Assembly (NCBI GenBank): GCA_976551045.1
Contig: CDPCPM010000014.1
Location: 30,318,001-30,382,000, forward strand
Source of the DNA: Glaucostegus cemiculus
Lineage: Eukaryota
Direction of reading: 5' to 3'
DNA: 64,000 bases
How positions within the stretch are numbered: position 1 is the first letter of the stretch; the number at the start of each line of letters is the position of its first letter. Positions 53,878 through 64,000 of the stretch are shown here, piece after piece. The notes under the pieces are model-generated. The model worked only from the letters and a program-made list of their open reading frames with translations. It was not told the DNA's origin and made no database searches. A program made the translations under genes and the position numbers.

Positions 53878-55402
53878 TGAGACACGGTATGTGCATGTCC
53901 AGAGTCCTAGCTCTAAGTTTTCACCAACTCATTCCCTGAAGCATTGAAGAGAATGGGCCTTACATTTAACAGCCACAAATTAGAAACCTCCAGCTTGCTG
54001 CTCTCCCCCACTGCAGACATTCTATTCCAGAATCTTACCACAGCAAGGGATTACCAGGTGCACAGAGGAAACAATTCATGGATGTTCTCAAAACTTCCCT
54101 GTAAAAGTGCAACAATTTGACCAGCTCATAGGAGGCACAATCAGGGTGGCTTCAGAAGCCTCATGCAAATGGCAGAAAGAATGCACAACCTCCTAATCTA
54201 CCTACCCACCTATTCCATTATCTCCTGCAATGCCCTCAGAACCCACGGAACAAGTGTGGAAGCAAATCGTCCCCATCCTTGTGTGATTGCCTTGGACATT
54301 TCATCCTTAATTCTCTCTTCCATGGGACACTCATATTACTTGCTGCTGCTCTACAGTGTGCCTCCCTTCAAGCCTAAATCCCATGCAGATTTTGCCAATT
54401 CAGCTCACACCTAATCAAATGTCCACCCTCCACCTAAGGCCTATCTAGGTCCAAAAGGTCAACTTTATGCAAGTGATAGCAAAGGAACATTGTGTTCCCT
54501 TTGATCCCAATAGGAATTCAAATGGCTCCAATGATTCCAGACATCGATATGTTATTTGGTCAGAAGAGCTGCATCAACAGTCTAGATGTGCACACTCCAT
54601 GCTATTGAAGCACAACACTAAACTCTCAGCAAATTTCTCAGCAAATATAAATGTTATACTTAGCAATAAAATTTCCAACCAGCACCTGTACATTTGAACT
54701 CCTATGTACACCTCCTGCCACCCTGAGGTGCATTGTGCACTATGATACCCTGGACCTTTTGAATATTTGTACACCTGCAGGACTTGAAAACAGCAAAGCC
54801 AATGGCAGTAGACAGCTTTGGGATGCAGACAACTGACAGCTTTAAAGAGCCAGAGGCAATTTAAATGCCTTGGGATTGGAATTAAAAATGCTACACTAAT
54901 CACACATGACTTCTCTCATTACAGACCAATAATAACTATGTTTTGTTTGGATATTTTTATTAAAAGAATATGTCAGTCATTTACCTCCTGATGATCACTC
55001 ACTGTCCAGTCTCCAATTTTCAAAGTGCAACCTCAACCTTGGAACATCACTAGCGTAACAAAGTCTTTAATTTTATCAAAATTGATGCCCTTGGCTTTTA
55101 GGGACAACTAGTATTTTATCTCTGAAGTTGTATTAGTACAGGAACTTCCAGGGTCAATATTTTGTACTGTGCACCAACTGCGCTTTCAGTTTTTAAAATC
55201 AGGAGATGATGCAACGTTTAGGATTCTCATCTTTGATGTTTTGATCAAATTAAGAGTGGAGCACAGATGCTACAGGGAAAAGGTGGAGAGCATGTTCGTC
55301 AAGGGCAAACCAGAACTCCACTACAAAGATACAATGGCTGATTTTCAAACAGGAGAAACTTTAATTTTGCTTCTGAAAAATCAAAAACCTGTTTCTGTCT
55401 CT

Positions 55403-55550
55403 AAAACAGAAAACGCTGGAAATACTCAGCAGGTCAGGCCACATCTGTGAGAAGAGAATAAGGGTCAATCTCTCAGGTCAGGGACCCTTCATCAGAATAC
55501 TCTGCACCTGACCTGATGAGTATTTCTAGCATTTTCTGCTTTTGTTTTAA
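55403..55550 (-). mobile_element. Palindromic Penelope-derived element, older subfamily
   Basis: Arms gaaatactcagcaggtcagg / cctgacctgatgagtatttc; minus strand CTGATGA-agggtccctgacct-GAGA. Confidence 0.75.
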
Positions 55551-58500
55551 TTCCGCTTATGTTTGACCACTGATAATCCTCAAACAGCTGCCCTAGTTTC
55601 TCAGTCAATCAAGTATCTGCACACTATTATTTCATGGAAGACTGAAAAAGAAAATAGGATTATATTTCTATTGATTCATGAGCTCACTAGAACTGTTTTT
55701 TTAAGCAAAACTATATCTGGGTCTTCTGAATATTATCCTAAACAATTGATATAAAGACTATTAGAATTTTCTCCAGGATTTTGCTGTCTAGCATACAGTT
55801 ATTCAATGCTAAGTGGAACTGTTTCCTTTGTCCATTAGTAATCAAACTTTAAAACAGGAGACTGATTAACAAAAGATCAAGGGTGCAAAGATAAAAACTG
55901 AATAGGCTTTCAAAACACTTCTGACATTGCTCTACAAAGGCAAGATTGTCCAAAAGCTCGGAGTGCAGGACAAAGAAGGAATTTACATTAGAAGTCAAGA
56001 CAGGAGGCCGGAGTTGTTTATTTAAAATGAATGTATGAAGACTATTAATCTAAGAAGGGTTGCTATCAGGATTAAAAATACACCAACATTCCCCAAGTTA
56101 CGAAGACAGAAAGCCAGGAAAGAATGTTAATGTCAGCAAGGAAGGTTCTTACAAAGGAAACAGATTGTGTAGGATAATATAGCAACGGTGTAATGGAAAC
56201 AGCTGCTTGTTTTATACTCCAGTGTCTGGCATCTGCTACAGCATCATGGGAAAGGTTGGTTTAGGATTTCGACAACAAATATAAATTCAGACAACTAACC
56301 AAACAGCAGGATGCAGAATGTGCACAAAGGGCAGGATGATCTCTTTAGAAAGATGGTGAAAGTACGAGAAAACAAATTCTAGCAGGACTGGGTTCTGATG
56401 CAGTGACTGGGAAATGCTACTGGAAGGCTGTAGGTTGTAATTAGATGCTCCGTAGGGTCTGGGTATTGTAGAGGGGCAGTGACAAGCAATAATAACCACA
56501 ATTAAAAAATGTACACTGCAATGTGGAAAGACTTTACTACTACATCAGTGGTACATCACTTCACCCACTGCCTGCCTTTACCCTGAAAGCAGTGGCCTAC
56601 GTAAGGATTTGATGAAATGCTTCACCTGTCAATGCAAATCCACTTAGTCAATATTCAGTGCTAAGTGCGCCATATGTGAAAGCTTCAGGAGAAGGTTGAA
56701 AAAAAATGAAATACACCCCTTAATAAAGCTAAACCAGTGCAAGCCCATCTGCTTCAATTAGAGGAGTCAAATTAGAAAAATTACAGCTATCAAGATGTTT
56801 ACAAGGCAAACCTGTTATCTTTGAAAAAAAACACTTCCCTTTACACCACTATGCAGACAAGAAAGACACTACCCAACATCTTACAGTAATATTTTATTCT
56901 AAATCAGCCTATCCCAATGTTTTATATAAAAGGGTTTAAATGCTTGAAAAGGGTATTCTACAAAGAACAAATCACTGAGGAAAAAAGAGAGCTATTCAAT
57001 GGTGGAAGAGAGTTGATTTATATTTAATACTCTTAGGAAATTAAGCAGAGTTCTTGACCATACCTCTATACGTAGCAAGGTTTAACATGCACTCGTGAAA
57101 CTGTTAAGCAGACATGGAAATGGCAGGAAGAAGACAAAGGGTAGTAAAGATTCAAATGTCTGGTTACTAAGGGGCCATTAAGCACCCCATTCCTTACTGA
57201 AGAAGCAAATTAAGAATGCCAAGAAGGTATTATTTTTACTTGCACATTAGCATAATGCAATGAGAAACGGAATACCTGTGTGAAATATATTCTCTACCTT
57301 CTGCTTCTAGTGACTGATGTAGCTTCCTTACGTATTTTATTATTTTTATTATAAGTTTTTGGCAGAGAACAGAAAGATGCTATTCTAAATCAGCATTTAA
57401 AATTAGTCCAGTGCCAGAAAAAGAGCACAATTTAGTCAAAACAAATAGACATCACTTAGTTAAAAATAAATATAATTCGCATCTTCCACTCAACATCCAA
57501 ATGAAACAGCAATCCTGACATGTGACCCTGGAGAAATGCATCACCCCTCCCTTCACGAATTTGCTTTCAACTCTCAAAAATGATGCAAACAGTCCTATTG
57601 TCAGCCAATCCACGTTTAATCCATGCATTAATGTCTGAATAGTTTTACAACCCTTCATTCAAATGCAAAGGCTTTGTTCAACTTGCCAAGACCATTTAGT
57701 TTGGATTAAAGGAAAAAATGCAACAGACACACTGTACTAAAAACCATCACAGGCACAAAGCAGCCTTTGGTATTACTGCTGTCCTTCTCCTTTAATACCC
57801 TTTAGTGGCAAATTATCACTTGGCCTGATCTTCTGTTCCTCACTAACAAAGGTTATCCAATTTGAAGATCTCGTCCCAGTTAATGTTCCAAGCTGCTGAA
57901 TTAAAATGCTGGTTCAAGCATCTATTTAACCTACTGAATACATTTTTTGGGCACAATTTTCCACAATGCCTAATTTGAGGTTTCTTTAAAAATAGAATTC
58001 ATGCATTTCAGCTGGTCAAAAGCACATATGCACAGTGCTTCATTCTAGTGTTTTCATCCCCTACACAAAGTCCCACTGTAGAAGAAAGGCTGATTTAAAA
58101 ATGAAGCTAACCACAGCATTAAAGACCTCTAGCAATTCCATCATGTTTTTGGGAAACATAGAACTTGTCCATTGACAAACTGAAACACCATAAATCATGT
58201 ATTATGTTAACTTAATACAGTTAAATGATGGTGAACAGTTAGCTTTGACATTTTAATAGATTACCATTCCTGTACTTGAAAACTTGACAGCTTTTATTTT
58301 ACTTACGGAGTCAAGCTCTGTACTGACAGATACTCTCAGCCTTTGGCTTTCTATAGGGATTGGAAAATTCGTGTTTGACAGGGTTTATCTAAGCTCAAGG
58401 ACGAGCTTTATGCTTAGCTGGCTACAAGGTTTGATTACACAGATGAATTTCCTATCTCACTTGATTTCAGATCTTGTGTTCAACTAAAACTGCAATTTCT

Positions 58501-59334
58501 TCCATCAGGGTCATCTTCTGCAACATACAAATTATAGCTATACACACAGCATGGAAATAAACACAAGTTGGTCATTAAGTATAAATCATGTAAAAAATGC
58601 TTTATAAGAGTGCAGGAAATTCCAAACCTTACAGATCAAAGAATTCCAATGGGTGTAACTATAGTTATTGCATTGAGAGTGGGTGTCAACTGAATTTCTT
58701 CAACAGAATTACTTTTGCAATTTGATAAAAAAAACAGAAGTGTGAAGTGACTAACTGATTTGCAATCTCCTTTTCAAACTGGTCCAACGTACAGGAAAAT
58801 GTGGCTTACTAATCTTTCCGAAAATGATCTACAATAAATTGGAATTAAGAATGTCATTGCTGTGGTTTGACATCCATATGAAAACACACCATTATGCTTC
58901 TAATTATCTTGACCCACATGGGAAAAGCAGGAATGCATTATGTCTTAATGATCACAACTAGAGGTCCTGGCTTTTCTTTTGCAAGGAACAGGGAAGATCC
59001 TCCCTGCAGCTTCACTATTAACATGTCTGTTTCCTGTCAGCCCACTCAGAGATAATGTCATTTATCTCCAAGCGGCACAAGACCAGTCATTAGCCTCAAT
59101 AAAAAGACCTCGAACAAAGAACAGTGATTGCTATCCGTTGCTCAGGGTCTGCAGCCAAAAAAACTAATTTCATTGAGGGAAAGGGGTGTGGAGATGCTGA
59201 ACTGAAGTACTATTTATACATGCTCCAACCAGAAGCAGGATTTGCCTAACGTATGATTAGTGTAGATGATTTAGGTAACCACATAAAACACCAGGCTTAA
59301 ACACTTTACTAGTCAATAGAATTTAGTGTTAAGC

Positions 59335-59445
59335 AGGAAGAGATAATGCAGGAGAGACTCAGCAGGTCAGTCAGCACTGCTGGAGAAAACAGAAGAGTCA
59401 GCATTCTGATGAGGAGTGCAAACACAAAACATTAATCTGTCACTC
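59335..59445 (+). mobile_element. Degenerate palindromic Penelope-derived element
   Basis: actcagcaggtcagtcagca arm, then ttCTGATGAggagtgcaaacacAAAACATT. Confidence 0.55.
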
Positions 59446-59854
59446 CTACAAAGCACCTCCAATCTTGTTGCTTTTCAGTCTAATTGTAGTATTATTTTTG
59501 ATAAATACATTTTTTGTCAAAGATGATCGATTTTTGTTGGTGATGGTCTGAAGGGATGTAAAATGAAGGTGCATAAATGTAAATGGAGTTGAGGTACTGT
59601 AATATATTTGAATGGAAAAAACACATTCAAGGAGCCAAATGGCTTTCCAAATATCCAAAAAAAATTTGGATATTTTAACAAATCTGGGAATAATTCACTG
59701 AGTAAGTGATCTGCACTTAAGATTTTGCCAATGTAAATGATGGTTTATCACTGGGTAAAAGCTTTGTGCAGCCCAATATTCCCATAACAAATCTCCGCAA
59801 GGAGCCTAACTGTTTCTGCGTCTCCTTTTTGCTGTTGTGTACTTTGGGATGAAA

Positions 59855-59885
59855 ACACACACTCTCTCTCACACACACACACACA
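59855..59885. repeat. (CA)/(CT) compound microsatellite
   Basis: Directly visible. Confidence 0.85.
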
Positions 59886-60289
59886 GTACTAGATGCTATC
59901 ATATTAATCCTCCCTTTTCCATTTTATACAAAGAATTCCAAGGCCAACAGTTCTATATTCAGTATTTTCATTCCAATAGTTCATAAAGTTTATCATGTTT
60001 AAAGAATAAACATTCATCTTGTCTTGCAGGTTACCTGTATGATTTGCTTACTCATACATTTGTTTCAAAAATCTTTCAGCCACAATTTTGATTAATGAAA
60101 TAATTTGAATTTATGTATTATTTAACTACTTCAGGATTTCTCAAAGGGCTCCAGAGCCAAGAGCACATTTTAAATAAACAATTCCCAGGGGTTATTATTG
60201 ACCAGAAACTAAAATGGACAGGGCACATAAATTCTGTGACCACAAGATCAGGTCAGAGGCTAGTTAGCTTGCAAAAGTGACTCCCCTCT

Positions 60290-60815
60290 AAACAGTCCAG
60301 GACCTTTCCACCAGCTACAAGGCACAAATCAGCAGTGTGATGGAATCTCTCTCCTTACCTGGATGTGCACAGCATCAGCAACCCTCAAGAACCTCAACAC
60401 CATCCAGGTCAAAGAAGCTCACATAATTGAAACACCATCCAGCATTCTAAGCATCATTCCCTTCACCACCAGTGCACAGTGGCTGCAGTGTGTACCATCT
60501 ACAAAAACACTGCTGTTACATGCCAAGGTACCTAATAGCACCTCCCTTACCTGTGACCTCTATCACCAAGGAAGGCAAGGACAGTAGGGAATAGCACCCG
60601 TCCAAGTCACACACCATCCTGACTTGGAAATATATCACCAATGCTTCATCACTGTAACATTGAAAATCCTGAACTCCCTTCTGAACAGGACTACCTTCAC
60701 CAAAAGGACCTCAGTGGGTCAAGAAGGCAGCTCAGCACACCTCTCAGGGGCAATGAGTCAGGCAATAAGTGCTGGCCTTGTTAGCAATGCCCAGATCTTG
60801 AAAATGAATTTTAAA
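60290..60815 (+). mobile_element. CR1/L2-group LINE 3' fragment
   Basis: Decayed ORF2 C-terminus YKAQISSVME...WMCTASATLKNLNTIQ (compare ORF 60363..60587), followed by a 3' UTR ending gcccagatcttgaaaatgaatttt. Confidence 0.75.
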
Positions 60816-63800
60816 AGCTATTATAATGTAGAAAAAAAACATTAAGCATGTAAAATAGCTTTATGAAAGCTGTGGTAATAATTTGTGTTTGTCTTGATGT
60901 CCTTTTCAAGGTATGCCCATTAAAATAATTCAGAAAAGAATTTTAGTGGCCTTTAGAGCCATGTGGCTTTACAAATGAGATTAGGAATTCAGCTCATTAG
61001 TGGTAAAAATTCAATAGGAATTCTAGTCTCACAGATCTTGGGAGGTCACTACAAGTTCGTCCAGAAAGTTCTCAGCAGTCAAAGGGCACCAGCTCATTCC
61101 CTGACTTTGAAAGGGCTCTGGTCACACTATTCAAAGTTACAAAGCATTAAGTAGACTGAAGAGTTTTTTTGTTCTACAGGGACTCGTGCTAGTTTGTGGT
61201 ACCATTCACCAGCCAAAACTCATCTTGCAGAGTTTTGAGTCAGCTTTTTAAACTGTTCACACTCGTACAAATCTGCCCTTTGTTTTCTTCTTTAATGACT
61301 GCTTACCACTTACAGTCTTTTACCACAGACTGTAACAGACAAGTAAGAGCAAGATACAAAGAGCAGGAAAGTATATGGATGTTTCCATTCAACTCATCAG
61401 CAGTACCAAAAACAAGCACAAAAGACCCAGCAGAAAATGTGGTTCTGCCTGCAACTCATTTTCAGTACAATTCCTTTCTATTTATTGGTCTGTTGCAACT
61501 GAAAGTAGTTGCTAGCATTAATGATCCATCAAATGGTTTGTGGACACAATTTTCAGCTGTGAAATTTATCACTGCATCACTTTCAAAAGGTGACAAATTC
61601 TTCCCTAGGATATTAACAGGCCTTATGAGGACTCTCAGTCCTACATCAGCAGCATGGTTTCTGCAGTCTCCCAGTAAGAAAACTAACAATCAATGGATAG
61701 GGCAGCTAGTTGTACTCTGTATTCTAGTCCTATAACATACCAGCTAAATCAATCAATTAATAGCAATTTATAAGATAAATCATTGAACCCAGTTAGTGAT
61801 TGGTTATATCATTAGTATCTTACTTCCAGCCAATCAAATACATAATTATGTTTCATTTAGTGGAAAAAAATCATAAAATCTTACTTGATACCAGTGACAG
61901 ACTGGGTGCTAACAAGCCTTTATTAGGTAATCCTATATTGGAAGGATTTTGCAAACTGCTAGGAGTGGTTATTTGTCTTGCCAAGTCTAGATAAGTCAGA
62001 CATGTTAGTAGCAGCTAAACCACAAAAATGGGTTACATAGAAATGCACAAACAACTCAAATTATAGGCTGCATTTTACCCGAGCCATACATGCAGGGAGT
62101 GGCAAGTTTTACAACATATTTGTGGTTCCCTGTATAAAAGACAGGGAAAAACAGAGTTGCAAAAATAATTAGTTTTAATAGGATCTAATTTATCAAGTTT
62201 TACATGACTAACTGTAGCAAACGAATAGAATACCCAGGCCAAGAGTAAATCTGCAAGCACACTGCGGAGATTAAAGAATGGCTACAACTCTTGAGGATTT
62301 ACCTTACACCTTTAGCATCCTGCTACTCAAACAAGTACAGCTGGACACATTTGTCTTCAACCTCATTTAAACCAGACAACTATATAAATATTTCACAGCC
62401 TGTTTAACAGAAAGTGCCTTCACCTTTCAAATAAATAACAAGTACAAGACACTAGTGTATACATTAATACCAAGGGTTCCATATCAGGTACCATTTCATT
62501 TCCTTCAAGCCATATGCTGTGTATGCTGAAGGTTTAAATCTGAATGATCTCTGGAGCAGTCAACAGGAAAACAGGCTGTGCTAGAATGAATAGAGTCTGC
62601 TTGTCAATTATATCTGGGAAGAACCAAGACAAGCAAGCAGCAGTACCATAGTGGACATTTTTTTGTATGACTCACTGATTATCAGCAGGCACAGCATTTG
62701 TACGTATACACACAGTCTTTTGATTGTTTTGAGAAATAGACACATTGAAATAGTTTCCCCAGGAGACTATTTGAGGTATAAATAAGGAAGAAATAGGAGT
62801 AGTGAAGCCACACCAGTCTAATCTCTGTTGCCATGACACCTGCCTCTAAGATTTGAAAGTGTACAGACTGCCTGCTAAACAAAACTGTTGAATCTGAACA
62901 TTTGGCTGAAAGATTAAAATTAAGCTTAGGGGTGCAGGGAGCAATACTTTTTTGCATTTCATACAGCCTGTGAATCCAATCAAATGGTCCTGAAACTTTA
63001 ACCACAGCCATTGTGAAGAACAGATGGGAGCACGTTATCTTGATACTTGAAGGAGATTAAAACTGTTCCCAATTTGCTTACTGTTGGAAACCAAGGTAAA
63101 ACAATTTGATTGGAGAATTGTCAAACATGTCAAACAGTTAGCCAATCTTCTTAATTCCAAATCTGTTTAGATACCCTTCTCGTGACTAATAGACTATGAA
63201 CATTAGCCTCTGCACCTTGCTGTTTAAATCTTTATTAGCATCTCAATGTCTCCTTGAAACTGTTTCCCCGGCAATAAAATTAATCAAATAAAATACTGTC
63301 TTCCATGCCAACCAGTCTTGCTGCTGTCTAAAGTTTCCAACAATAGTATCAGCAGAAATGCAAAGGTCACCACCTCAACAAGCTGGGAATTCACTTTACT
63401 CTATTATGCACGGAGACAAAATCCACTCCAACTCGACTGACCACTTCCATCACAGGGAATCAATTTATTGAGTTGAATGGGAAGGGAAAGGTTGAAAAGT
63501 AGATCACAAGGTGCTCAGCAAACTATATTAAAAGGAAGTAATTACTCTGAAAGGACTAAATTATTCAACTTTTCTTGACCAAAATTGAAGTAGAGCACAA
63601 AAGCTTCACTATGCACGACAACACAAAGCAGTTCTCAACTCTTAACAGTGGTTTAAACGTTTTGTATATCTTATTAGAAATAAGGAACTGCTAGGATTTT
63701 GTTTTAGGAAAGGTACGGACATTGTTTCAAAACCAGCATCAACAATAATCAGTCAGCTTCTTAAAATGGCACAATTCCTCTGACCTCATAATTATCCAAC

Positions 63801-64000
63801 AAACAATAGATCCGAGCCTCCTGAGAAACTCCACAGTCTTTGGATAATTATCAACATACCAGAAGCCTGGTTACACACCAACAATGGAAGGCAAGGGCAA
63901 ACTTCCCTTTCACACTGAATCTACAAAACAGAGATCATCGTGCCCGCACTGATGTTAATAAAATACCGGGCACCATTCGGCCAACCCTACATTCATAAAA

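Noticed and set aside
61196-61735. 179-aa plus-strand ORF
   Set aside because: GTG start, no recognisable domain, intron-like composition; consistent with chance. The same applies to 50799-51308 and 33551-34015, which partly run through repeats.
1-64000. Assignment to paralog ZNF609, or a prokaryotic or viral system
   Set aside because: Exon peptides follow recalled ZNF608 closely ([43 protein letters not shown]). No operon-like or viral coding blocks are present.

Overview
Vertebrate nuclear DNA, AT-rich and mostly intronic. The repeat content (HE1/V-SINEs, DeuSINEs, CR1, Rex1, RTE and Penelope-derived palindromes) points to a cartilaginous fish, probably a ray/batoid; that assignment is an inference. 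The whole window lies inside one minus-strand gene, ZNF608 (brakeless/scribbler family). Four coding exons have consistent GT-AG boundaries and phases: 44253-44505, 6358-6445, 2165-4655 and a partial 1-309. The gene start lies beyond 64000 and its end before 1. Three observations stand out. (1) A probable internal promoter with tandem NF-Y boxes and an alternative first coding exon (8308-8404) that splices in frame into the 88-nt exon, giving a short isoform with a new N-terminus. (2) A family of short palindromic Penelope-derived insertions carrying minimal type I hammerhead ribozyme motifs, three of them with 11-12 bp target-site duplications. (3) An isolated 253-nt exon flanked by inverted copies of that family, a circRNA candidate whose back-splice would create a stop codon. 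Repeat family names and human comparisons come from recall, not database searches, and repeat boundaries are approximate.
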